DNA of 64,000 nucleotides, taken from positions 13,392,001 through 13,456,000 of the forward strand of contig JBHGNT010000001.1 in NCBI GenBank assembly GCA_043228905.1. Reading direction: 5' to 3'. Positions 23,424-35,700 of this stretch are shown one piece after another (the stretch's first letter is position 1; each line of letters starts with the position of its first letter). This DNA is from Azolla caroliniana. Lineage: Eukaryota; Plantae; Polypodiophyta. The translations under genes were made by a program, and so were the position numbers. Under the pieces are notes generated by a model. The model was not told the DNA's origin and did not search any database. It was given only the letters and a program-made list of their open reading frames with translations.

Positions 23424-26400
23424 TCACTTCGGCATGGGATGTCTTTCCAGTCCGACCCTCTTCCGGCACGCTTCCAGCTTGTCGGGTGTGAGTACTTTGG
23501 TCAGCATATCTGACCCGTTCTCGTCCGTGTGGATCTTCGTCAGCACGAACTCCTGGTCTTCTATCCTTTCCCGGATCCAGTGATATCTTCGTTGGATGTG
23601 CTTCGTCCGGGAGTGATAGGCCGCATTCTTCGCAAGGTGGATGACACTCTGACTGTTGCAGTAGAGTAGGTACTCCTCCTGCCGGATACCGAGCTCTCTA
23701 ATGAAGTCCTTTATCCATATTATTTCCTTGCCGGCTTCAACAGCCGCCATGTACTCCGCCTCCGTGGTTGACAACGCAACCGTCTTCTGCAGCCTCGACT
23801 ACCACGAAACAGCTCCCCCTGCATACGTCATCACATACCCTGATGTGGACCGGCTGGTATCTGCATCAGCCGACATATCCGAATCGGTAAAGCCGTCGAG
23901 TTCGGGCTTACCGGAGCCGAATCGGAGGCACACGTTTGCCGTGCCCTTCAGGTATCGCAGTATCCACTTGACCGCGTTCCAGTGCTCTTTGCCGGGATTG
24001 CTCATGTACCGGCTCACCACTCCGACTGCATATCCTATGTCCGGTCTTGTACACACCATTGCGTACATCAAGCTTCCTACGGCAGAGGCATATGGTGTCT
24101 TCATCATATCCTCCTTTTCAACCTTTGTCTTGGGACTTTGCTTGCCGGATAACTTGCAGTTTGCCGGGAGGGTCGATCCGACCGGTCTTGCTTCCGACAT
24201 GTTGAACCGGTGAAGCACCTTTGTCACGTACTTCTCCTGTGACAGCCACAACTGCTTCTTCTTCCGGTCCCGGATGATGTGCATCCCTAGTATTTGCCTC
24301 GCCGGACCCAGGTCCTTCATTGAGAAGGTTCGGTGAAGCACGTTCTTCAGCATCCGTATCTTGACCTGGTCCCGTCCGACGATCAACATGTCGTCCACGT
24401 ATAGGAGGAGTATTAGAGAGTCTCCTCCTTCGAACTTCTTCACAAACACGCAGTGATCGGACTGCGTTTTGTGGTACCCTTCGTCGGTCATGAAAGAGTC
24501 GAACTTCCGGTACCATTGCCGGGGAGCCTGCTTCAGTCCGTAAAGGCTCTTCTTCAGCCGGCATACCAGGTGCTCCTTCCCTTTCTTCTCGAATCCTTCT
24601 GGTTGCTGCATGTAGATCTCTTCTTCGAGGTCACCGTGAAGGAATGCCGTCTTCACGTCCATCTGTTCTACCTCGAGGTCCATGCTTGCCGCTATGCTCA
24701 GCACCGTCCGGATGGAGGTCATCTTCACTACCGGGGGAAATATCTCGTCGAAGTCGACGCCCTTCTTCTGCTGGAACCCCTTCACCACGATCCTGGCTTT
24801 GTATCTCGGGGGGTTTCCGGCATCTCCCGGTTTCAGCTTGAACACCCACTTGTTTCGAAGTGCCCACTTTCCTTTTGGCAACTCCACAAGTTCATATGTG
24901 TGGTTCTCATGCAGGGAATCCATCTCCTCCTGCATGGCACTTAACCACCCGCGGCTATGGTTGTCAAGCTTTGCTTCTTCAAAACTCTCCGGCTCCCCTT
25001 CGTCGGTTAGCAAAACGTGCTCTGGTTCCGGAAATCTCCGGGGGGGCCTTCTCTCTCTTAGAGGATATCTCCGTTCCGGAGCTTCGGTAACCGGCTCCTC
25101 CGTTTCCTCTTCATCCGAATCCATTTCGGGATCGGGGCCGGTTCCGGTATCAGTTTCATCTTCCTCGGCCGGTTCTGTTTCTTCACCGTCTTCGGCCGGA
25201 TCCTCGAGTGCTAACCAGTCCCTTGCCGGTCGGGACTGCTCTTCGTAGAGTTGATCCTCACCGGTCGACTTGGAGCTCTTCATCTTCTTCTCCGACTCCC
25301 AGTCGGCGAGTGTCTTGTCCTCCATGAAGATGATATCTCGACTCCTGAATATCTTCTTGTCGACCGGGTCCCATACTCGGTAGCCGAACTCGTCGTCACC
25401 GTAACCGAGGAATATGCATGGCCGGGTCTTTGGATCTAACTTTCCTCTCCGGTCCTTTGCCACATGCACGTATGCGAGACACCCGAACACCTTCAGATGC
25501 CGGTAGGACACTTCCTTACCGGTCCACACTTTCTGCGGCGTGTCTCCGTCCAAAGGTACTGAGGGTGATCTATTTATCACGTATGTCGCCGTCGACATTG
25601 CCTCAGCCCAAAACCCCTTGGGTAATTTCGCATGCGCCAGCATACTCCGGACCCTCTCCATTATGGTCCGGTTCATCCTCTCGGCCAGCCCGTTCAGTTC
25701 CGGCGTCCTCGGCACAGTAAACTCGAGCCGGATTCCCGTCGAACGGCAATACTCCTCGAATTGCCCTCGGTATTCTCCTCCGTTATCCGCTCGTAGTGCT
25801 TTCAGCTTCTTGCCGGATTCCCTTTCCACCCTTGCGTGGAGTTCTTTGAAGACGGACAATACTTGGTCCTTTGTCTTCAACGGTGCCGTCCACAGCTTCC
25901 GGCTGTGGGCATCAATGAATGTCACGAAGTACTGGGCTCCGCCATGTGACTTCGTTTCTACTTGACACACGTCAGTGTGCACCAGCTCCAATGGTGCGCT
26001 ACGTCTCGTCGGTGGCCTTGAGTGGAAGGAGGTTCGGTTCTGCTTACCGGCCAGGCAATCGGTGCACTTCTCCAGGTGCACATGCTTCACTGGAATAAGG
26101 TTGTCTTCTGCAAGCCTCTTCATCCCCTTCTCACTCATGTGGCACAGTCTCTTGTGCCACAGCTCACCGGCAGTGTCGGCTGCCATGTTCAGCTCCTCCG
26201 GACATAGCCGGGAATTCATGAGGTACAGTGTGTTGATCTTCCGGGCCCGAGCCACTATCAGGCTCCCTTTGCGGAACTTCATGACACCGTTCCGGATGCT
26301 ACCCGTGTAGCCTTCATCGTCTAGGCTCCCGGCCGAAATCAGGTTCAATTGAACCTCCGGAACGTGTCGGACATCCTTCAGCAGCATCTTGCATCCGGTT

Positions 26401-27497
26401 GATGTCATCAGCCACACGTCTCCTATGCCGGCAATCCAGCATGTACCTTCATTTCCCATCCGGACACAGCCGTGCTCACCGGCTGTGTAGGATGAGAAGT
26501 ATTTCTTCTCCGGGGTCAGATGGAACGATGCTCCGGAATCGACCACCCAGGTCATCTCCTCACCGGCAAGGTTCAGCTCCGTCTCTTCGGTAATGAGCAT
26601 TATCTCTTCTTCACTTGCCGCGAGTGCTGTCGTTCCTTTCCGGTCCTGCCCTCGCCGATCCGGACATCTCCGGTCCGTGCCTCCCCGGTATGCATCGTTT
26701 CTCTCCGGTGACTTCTTCGAATCGGTGTCGTCGGCTCCGTTGTCCTTTCGGTAATGCCGACAATTCTTCCGGAAGTGCCCCGGCTTCCCACAGTGGAAGC
26801 ATGTGGGTCTTCCTCTTGACTGCGACCGGGTCCCCGACTTCTCCCGTCTTTGCGGACTCCGGTTCCATTGTCTTCCCCGTTCCGATTCGGTAAGCAGCGC
26901 CTTCGAGTCGGAGGCCGGTTCTTTATCTCTCCGACGCGCTTCTTCATTTAGAATACTTGTCTTTACCGTTTGTAGAGACAAGTTATCTTCGGTGCAGGAG
27001 GTGCTGAGAGTCACCACCAAGTTCTCCCAGCTTTCCGGCAATGTACACATCAGAATGATGGCTTGCATTGCATCCTCCAACGGGAACTTGATCGCCGCAA
27101 GCTGGTTCACGAATCCCATGAACGTGCTCACGTGTTCCACCATATTCTCGCCGTCCCGGTACTTGAGCTTCACTATCTTCCTCATCAGGGAGGTCCGGTT
27201 CAACGCATTCTTCCTCTCGTAGAGGCCCGACAGCTTCTTCCACATCTCATATGCGTTGGTGTCGTTCGCCACATGTTGTAGAACGCTTACATCGACATAT
27301 TGCCGGATCGTCGCTACGGCTTTCCGGTTCAGGAGCTTCCACTCCGACTCTATTACCCCCTTGGGTATCTCGGCATTGTCGATCGGTTCATACAGGTCTC
27401 GGACGATGAGAAGGTCTTCCATCTTTATCTTCCAGTCGGCGTAGTTCTGTGAGTTCAACACCATCATGCTCGGAGGCCCACTACCGCCGCCTTCCAT
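23424..27497 (-). CDS. Element E gag-pol polyprotein with a single premature stop (23799-23801) in RNase H
   Basis: 1264-aa ORF plus in-frame continuation 23424-23774: gag, CFHCGKPGH, WVVDSGAS, integrase, RT YVDDML, RNase H. Confidence 0.92.
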
Positions 27498-29938
27498 TTT
27501 TTGTGTTACCGTGCTCTGATACCAATTTGTTGCAAACAGCGCTCGGCCACAACCGAGGAATAGGATCAACTCACAGAAAAACAGGAAATACAAAATGCTC
27601 TAAGACAATAGAGAGAAGAGTACACAGGATGTTTTACGTGGAAAACCCTAAATGGGAAAAAACCACGGGAGTCCTCAAACTCCAACTATCACTATACACA
27701 GAGATGTACAATGGTGAAGCTACAAGGCAACAACCTTGAGCTCACTGTCTTCACCACAGGCGGCGGCAATACACAGAGGCGTCGACCTCTTCCTTTCTCT
27801 CTCTCCCAGTCTCTCTCTGCTGCTCTCACTTCGCTCTCTCGGCTAAAACATAAAATGAGCAACAACACAAAAACTGTTTGCCCTAAGTCATATTTATACA
27901 ACATATGACTTTCGGGCTATTTACAAATGTAGCCTAGAGGGCCCTTGGCAAACATATTCACAAATATGTCCCCGCATCCGGATCTCTCTCTGGGGTCTTC
28001 ATCATCCGGCTCCGTAGCCGGGGTCTTCAATCCCGATTCCCGGACATCTGACCATCCCATCCGGAGGGACCGTAATCCCAACACGAACTTCAAACTTCGT
28101 GTTCAACGAGTCGGCTATGCATAAAACGACCGAAAGGTCTATTGAAGTCCGAAGGGTAATATTTTCCGAAGTGCCAACCCTTCATGAAGACACAACCCAC
28201 AACACGAGATCGGTTTCACGGGTAACCGACACCTCCCGCACTGAATCCACCGATTCAGCACAACCGAGCGGCTCGTCTTTCGACCTTCTGACACCTATAC
28301 TTGGTGCGACCAGTCCAGTCACACCTTGAAGATCTGAGAGACTGTTGCAACCTCCGGAAAGATACTCTCCCAGAATTTTCTTACCGACACCGGCAAACCG
28401 ACGTCTTACGAAGAAGCATCGGCATCTGCCGACTCAGCCACCTGGCATCTGGCAATGGTGTCGGAAATGCACTCCATTCACGCAAACAAGACTTGGGACT
28501 TGGTTGAAATACAGAAGAATCGACGTGCTCTTCCGTGTAAGTGTGTCTATCGACTAAAAGAGACGTCTGACTCGACCAACCCAAAGTACAAGGTCAAATT
28601 AGTTGCGAAGGGATTTCGACAAGAATATGGCGTCGACTTCGACGAAATCTTTTCACCAATGGTGAAAATGAGAACCCTTCGTTTCATGCTCGGCGTCATG
28701 GCCGTCGACGACTTGGAGCTCATTCAGCTAGATGTAAAAACGGCATTCCTCTACGGTGACCTACATGAGGAAATCTATATGGAGCAGCCGAAAGGCTTTG
28801 TGGCATCTGGCTAAGAACATCTAGTTTGCCGACTCAGGAAGAGTTTATACGCCCTAAAACAGGCACCTCGACAGTGGTACAAGACGTTCGATGACTTCAT
28901 CCAGTCGGTCGGCTTCTCCAAGAGCGATGAGGACCATTGTCTCTTCACCTAAACAACTCAAGACGGGTATCCCGTCTTCCTCATCATTTACGTGGACGAC
29001 ATGCTACTCTCCGGCCGACATGCTAGAGAGCTCATTGAACTCGTTCAGAAACTGCGGTTGAAGTTTGCCATGAAGGACCTCGGTCCGGCAAGACACATAC
29101 TTGGTATGAAGATTAGTCGACATCGCGATAAACAACAACCTTTCTTGTCTCAAACCGACTACATCGGACGTGTCTTGGAACGCTTCAACATGCACTCGGC
29201 CAAGTCTGCTTTGACCCCGCTCTCCGTTAACCTTTGGCTGTCTCAGCGAGACTGCCCGACATCCGGTCCGGAGGGGGAAGATATGAACGTCGATATGCAT
29301 CATTTCAGGGAAAATCGGTCTCGAGAAGATATCCACAACCGATAATGTCGCAGATGGAATGACCAAGTGTCTTTCGGCGGATCGTTTCCAATCCCTTCAG
29401 CACCAGATGGGCATAACGAAAAATCGGTCCGGTTAAAGTCGGACACACAACACAGGATGGTTTCAGACAACCGACATCGGTCCTTTGAGGATCGGCTTCA
29501 GCTCTTCTGACCCGACTAGTTCCGTCCTCTATCTTCAGATCTTGCCAACTCGAACAAGACCGATCTGTCTGATAAACCTTGAGGCTTGTATATACCTGTA
29601 ATTTCAGATAACCCATGTATACACCCATTACGGGGGAGTGTCGAATACGAGTGTATAATGGCCGTATTCACACTGTCCCTTTGGACAGCCCAAGTTTGGG
29701 CTATTTCTGTAAATAGCATAAAGGGCAGTTGCCCTAAGATAGTTACTATATTAAGTGACTTTGTAACCTTTAGTTAAGGTGGTTGTTATTTTGTAACGGT
29801 TGCTATTGAGAAATATAACATTTCTTTTGTGCCTATCTCTCTCTCTCTCTCTGTGTATATTGCTCATTCACATACGCAGGTTCTTCACCATCACAAATGT
29901 TGTTTGTTCTTCCACACTGACGACCTTGTTCCCCAACG

Positions 29939-31764
29939 GGTTGCTGCGGCAAGGGGGTGGCAACTTCACCACATGGACGTGAAGAATGCATTTCTTCAAG
30001 GTGATCTTGAAGAAGAGGTCTTTATGACCCAACCCCCCGGTTTCCAGACAAAGATGAACAAGTCGGTGGTATGCTGGCTGAAGAAGTCACTTTATAGCCT
30101 AAAGCAAGCCCCCCGAGCTTGGAATGCGAAGATCACGCACCGGTTGCGTAAGATGGGGTTTGCGACCTCCAAGTCCGACTCTTTGTTGTTCATCCAGCAA
30201 GGTCCGGACGGTCCAGTTTGCATCTTGCTATATGTTGATGATCTAGTCATCACCGGACCCGGACTCGATGAAATCAGCCAAGTCAAGTTCCAACTATCGG
30301 ACACATTTGAGATGAAGGACCTGGGGGACCTTCACTATTTCCTTGGGATCGAGCTGATCCGAACCCCCGACGGCATATTGCTATCACAAAGACACCATGT
30401 GTTGAATATGATGTACAAGTTCGGCATGATGGAATGCCGACCGATCTCGACACCCCTGGACCGAAACTAGAAGCTCCGTCCCGACTTCGGACCGGCCTGC
30501 AATGAGAAGTAGTTCTAACAAATCGTCGAAAGCCTTATATATTTGACAATCACCCGACCCAGAATCAATTATCCGGTCGGCATGATCAACAAATATATGC
30601 AGAAGTCGTCACGAAGGAACGGGGACTATTATACTGGCATGGTATAACCGAAGCGCTAGTCGGCTACACCGATGCCGACTGGGCCGGCGATGCATCGGAT
30701 CGCCGATCCACTTCCGACTATATGTTTTCCCTTGGTAGTGCAACTGTTGTGTGGAGCAGCAAAAAGCAGCCAATAGTGGCCCTTTCGAGCATTGAGGCTG
30801 AATATCGAGGCGCTACCATTGCCACCTATGAAGCCATTTGGCTTCGGCGACTGTTGCAAGACCTACGGATGAAGGTGCCGACCCCGATCCTGATCTACTG
30901 CGACAACATAAGCAGCATGCAGCTTGCCAAGAACCTTGTATTCCATGCTCGCACAAAGCACATAGAAGTGCACTACCACTTCGTGCGTGAGTGTGTCCTG
31001 AGCGGTGAAGTTGAACTTTGGTATGTTCATACGGATCGTCAAGTTGCCAACATCTTCACCAAACCGCTCGGATCGGACAAGTTGCATACTTCACCGAAAT
31101 GCTTGGTGTTCAGCATCTCAACGTGCCACACTTGAGGGGGACAACGGGCAAAGACACCGGAACAAGCAAAGGCAAAAAAGCTACCGATTGCGCCTGTGAG
31201 GGAAGAACCATCAAAGGGAGAGATAAGAAGAAGAAAGGAGCCGAGTCGACAAAGGAAGTTGACACATCCGAACAAGTCGGAACAAGCGGCAGCGGCGGCA
31301 GAGTCAAGAAGGACAGAGCCAACCGGAAGAAGAAGGCCAAGACCCTGACATGGTTTGATGTGGTGAAGGGCCTGGAACCGGAAGACAAATCAGGAGCGAC
31401 CGATTCAGACAAGAGTTGGAACGAATGGAAGACAACCGATTCGGTTCAACAGACGGATTCAGAAGAACCGGATCAATTCAAGGCCAAGAGGACGAGAAGG
31501 CAGCGAAAGTCAACGCCAACACGAAGGAATCGGGGAATCGGCAAGCGCCGAAGTCAGAACAGCGAGGGAGCTGAATTAGGTCTGTTGAGCAGACAAACCA
31601 ACCGAGGTTGAGGTGTGCAAAATCAGAAGGGTCGTGGCAAACATGACCGGACCAGATGAGGAGCGTGAGCCAGGCGGAGTGACGACAGAATGAGCCAGGT
31701 GGAAGGACCGGCTACCATGGAGACTGACACTACGATGCGACCTCGAGTTGATCTTGAGGGGGAG
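29939..31764 (+). pseudogene. Element A RT, RNase H and charged 3' extension
   Basis: [42 protein letters not shown], followed by a K/R/E-rich reading frame up to the PPT. Confidence 0.88.
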
Positions 31765-32136
31765 TGTTGAGCGACAAGCGCAACCGGATCCGGATCAGTT
31801 GAATAAGCCTGAGCGGGATCGGCATCCAGAAGGATGAGCCAGATCGGTGAGCTAGTGAGCAAGTTAGCCGATGAGCTGGCAAGCCGGTTAGCCGAATCCA
31901 GCAGTAATCGGAAGCCTAGTAGCAGCCTAGACTACTAGGTAGTTAATGTCTCGTAGTTAGTGTTAGACGCTCGTGTGAGCATTGAAGTACACTGTACTTC
32001 TATCAGTCCTCTTAGGACTTGTATAAATAGTGTTGTTGAGCACGTTGTATGCACAGAGAATTTTACAGAGTTGATGATAATAGATTTATGTTGTTTTGCT
32101 CTCTCTCTCTTTCTCTCTTGCGTATCTTCTGTGTGT

Positions 32137-32183
<47 letters not shown>

Positions 32184-32233
32184 GCTATCCGGCTAAGCCG
32201 GTTGTCTAATGCTTCCACACCTTCGTTTTTATA
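31765..32233 (+). repeat. 3' LTR of element A
   Basis: Homologous to 2589-3051; terminal CA mutated to TA; followed by the TSD. Confidence 0.92.
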
Positions 32234-32454
32234 AAATTTCGTCTTAAAGGTCAAATATATTACAATCTATCAATTTATCTTTGCACAATACCTCCGTTCT
32301 TTGTCACTCCCCGTTTGTTTTAGTGTCGTCCCTTTATTAAATCCAAAATCTGAATTTGCTCATGCAATTAATAATTATGCAACATTGTAAGCTCGATATC
32401 AAGTATTATATGTTAGCTATCAATGGAAACTTGTAATTCATGTTACATTTCGCT
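32234..32454 (+). repeat. Resumption of the tRNA-Tyr array spacer
   Basis: Matches ~1070-1255 (ctttgcacaa..ttgtcactccccgtttg..tatgttagctatcaatggaaac). Confidence 0.88.
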
Positions 32455-32739
32455 ATCAACAAAGAAGGATACTTCATCGAGAAAGATGGCCGACTCATAG
32501 CGAAGGGGCGGAGAGACGGCTGAATGTTCATCCTCGATTCGAATGAGGTAAAATCGGCAATGTACGCTAAAAGTATCAAAACCGAGACAAGCATTGAGTT
32601 GTGGCACAAGAGAATCGGCCACATAAACCTCCAACGGCTTCGAGCTATGCAAACAAAGGAAGTCGTCATCGGACTTCCGACATTCGAGTCGAAATGAGTC
32701 GACCGAGTATGCGAAGTGTGTCAACTCGGCAAACAACAT

Positions 32740-35700
32740 TGTAAAGAATAGCGTGCAGAAGCAATAGAAAACCGAACACAGAAAATGCGTAGGTTTAATG
32801 GAGAGCTTGAATATACACAGTACGGGGGAGAGACAGAGAGAGAGAGAACACACAGAAACTAAATTCAAAATAATACTCAATCTGTACATACACCGTGCTT
32901 AGTGAGCACCTTTTATACAAGCCCTGACAATAGGGCTGACACAAGTACTAACAGTACTTGACCACTCATAAATGAGCCTCGACACTCACTCCCAAACTTA
33001 TTCCTTACGAGGAATATCTCTCTAACGGCCTTTTGGTTTAAGCACCGATACGGCCAGGTTGTGCGTACCAATTTACGCACCCAGTCTACGCACTGGGTTA
33101 CGCATCGTATTACACACGAATATTGAGCTTGTCTCTCAACACTCTCGCTCAAGCTCAACTTGAGGTTCCACCTGCTCCACCGGCTCTACGCTCCAGTTCC
33201 TTCTGGCTTCACGCCTCGCTCGCGCTCCTCGACCCGTTCGATTCCGCGCGCCTTGACCCTTCCGGTCGTCTTGTCTGCTTACACGGCCCTTCTCAGCTTC
33301 CTTGTTGTTGCGGTGTTGGCACCTCTTCTGTTGCCTTCTCTTCCGCTTGGCCCTTGGTTGATTCAGCGCATCCGAATCTAACATCTGAACAAATTCGGCT
33401 TCCTCCGATCGGTCTTTGTTGACGTCCGAGTTGGCTGGCTCCAACTCTTCTTCGGTCTTCTCGCCCTTGATAGCTTCATCTCCCCCATGCTTGGCTGGCT
33501 TTGGCTCTTTCTTTCGGCTGCTCCCCTTATGTCCGCTTTCGGACTCTTCCACGGATCCGCCCTCGGCTTCTTCAGCTGATCCGAAATCAAATTCGTCAGC
33601 CGACTCGACGTGACGGTCTTTTCCGCTCCTTTCCTGCTCCCTTTTGTGGTCATCCGGGATGTCTCCCCCTCCAGTTTGGCACGTCAAGGTGACACAACCC
33701 AAGCGCACCCGAGAATTGTCGTTAACTTGTCTAGACCAAGGGGCTTGGTGAAGATGTCGGCGTTCTGCCGATCCGTCGGAACATACTGAAGTTCGACTTC
33801 ACCAGAGAGGACACGCTCACGAACGAAATGGTAGTGCACCTCAATGTGCTTAGTTCAGGTGTGGAAGACGGGGTTCTTAGCTAGTTGGATGCGGCTGAGG
33901 TTGTCGCAATAGATTGTCGTTGGATCGGATACCTCCACCTGCAGATCCGTAAGTAGCCGCTTCAACCATATGGCTTCGCATGTCGCGACAACCGCTCCAC
34001 GCGATCGTGGCACTCCCAAGAGAGAACGCAAAACCGGACGTGGATCAGCGATCGTCGGCGTTTCTGGCCCAATAAGCATTGGTGTAACCAACCAACTGCG
34101 CAGCAGTATCGGTCCGATATAGTAGCCCCCGGTCCTTAGTGCCACTGACGTACCGGAGTACGCATTGTGCGCACTAAAGGTGCTCCTCGATCGGTCACGC
34201 CATGAACTGACTAATCACCCCGACCAGGTAGCTGAGATCTGGTCGGGTGATGGTCAAGTATATAAGGCTTCCGACTATCTGTCGGAACCTCGTCAGGTCA
34301 CATACCTTTCCGGAATTGGGGCAAAGCTTAACGGTTCTATCCAAAGGAGTCGAGACGGACTTACAGTTGGCCATCCTAAATTTGAAGAGCATACTCAGCA
34401 CGTAATGTCATTGGCTGATCAGTATGCCTTCCGAGGAGCGGATCACTTTGATCCCGAGGAAGTAATGAAGGTTCCCCAGGTCCTTCATGTCAAATGATGT
34501 CGTGAGCTGGAGCTTTACGCGGTCAATTTCACCAAGGTCGGTGCTGGTGATGACCAAGTCATCAACATAAAGTAAAATACTAACCAAACCGAGTCGACGT
34601 TTCCAGATGAACAGTGAGGAATCCGATTTTGACGTCGCAAAGCCCATCCGACGCAATCGTTGAGTGATCTTCACATTCCAGGCACACGGGGCTTGCTTTA
34701 GTCCGTAAAGGGACTTCTTCAATCGGCACACCGCCGAGGTGTTGTTCCAGAGTGAAATCCGGGGGGTTGTACCATGTACACCTGTTCCTCAAGCTCACCT
34801 TGCAGGAACGCATTCTTAACATCCATTGGACTGGTCGAACCGACTCAGTCGTCCATCCGGTCCACTTAACCGAAACAAAATCAGACTCTCTTCGCGGGTC
34901 CCGATTTCAGGCTCATCCGGAGGCATCTCGGCCTTGCTGACCTCATCGTCAGAACTCGGATTGGAGATGAGGTCCGAAGCCGGAGGCAAGTACCAGGACG
35001 CGGACTCGTCAAACACAACGTCGCGACTCACGCGCGCTTGTTAGATGCGAGGGTTATAACACTTATAACCCTTTTGCTCGTCCGAATAGCCGACCAAGAT
35101 ACACTTCTCGGCTTTCGCGTCCAACTTCCTCCATTTCTCTTTCGGTACATGCACATACGCAATGCTACCGAACACTCTCAAGTGTCGTAGATTTGGCTTC
35201 GTTCCTAAGTATAGCTCATGCGCCGACACTTTTTCTCCGATCCGATTTTGGATATAGACCGCGGTTCGTACCGCCTCAACCCAATAGAACTTGGGCAAGC
35301 TCTTTTCCTCCGGCATTGCCCGCGCCGCTTCCACAACCGACCAATTTTTCCTTTCGGCCACACCGTTTTGCTCCGATGTATATCTGCAACTGAATTCGCA
35401 TCGAATTCCCATCTGTTGTAGATACCCGTTGAATTGAACGGAAAAGTACTCTTTTCCACCATCCGACCGCAAGCACTTGATCTTTCGTCCTGTTTCCGTT
35501 TCAACGAACCCTTTGAGGTCCCGGAAACAGTCGAAAACTTCACTCTTCTTCTCGATGAGGTAGATCCACATGTGCCGCGTATAGTCGTCGATGAAGGAGA
35601 CAAAATATCGACTCCCGCCAAGACTAACGTTCTGTGTCGGCCCCCATACATCGGAATGTATCAAGTAGAGGTTGTTCTGGCTCCGGTTACGCTCGTTAGG

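Larger units (their letters stand above)
22750..28083 (-). mobile_element. Element E: young, near-intact Ty1/copia (related to B)
   Basis: LTRs 22750-23413 and 27528-28083, nearly identical; PBS gctctgatacca 27513-27524; PPT 23414-23423; flanks GGACT/CGAAC, so no TSD. Confidence 0.92.
20832..29938 (+). mobile_element. Element D: Ty1/copia inserted in the RT of A (internally deleted)
   Basis: LTRs 20832-21155 and 29639-29938; TSD GGTTG at 20827-20831 and 29939-29943; PBS tgatatcagagc ~21158; PPT cgggggag 29631-29638. Gag 21761-22408+; RT ~28400-29287; most of protease-integrase and RNase H missing. Confidence 0.9.
2589..32233 (+). mobile_element. Element A: Ty1/copia LTR retrotransposon, outermost element of the nest (degenerate)
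   Basis: 5' LTR 2589-3051 and 3' LTR 31765-32233; TSD AAATT at 2584-2588 and 32234-32238; PBS tggtatcaaag at 3052; PPT cttgagggggag at 31753-31764. Own internal parts are 3052-5408, 20033-20831 and 29939-31764. Confidence 0.92.

Noticed and set aside
24118-27281. Numerous overlapping antisense and alternate-frame ORFs
   Set aside because: Shadows of the GC-rich gag-pol frame.
33136-33708. env-like gene (Sirevirus type)
   Set aside because: Hydrophilic throughout with no transmembrane or signal segment; reported as a charged extension instead.
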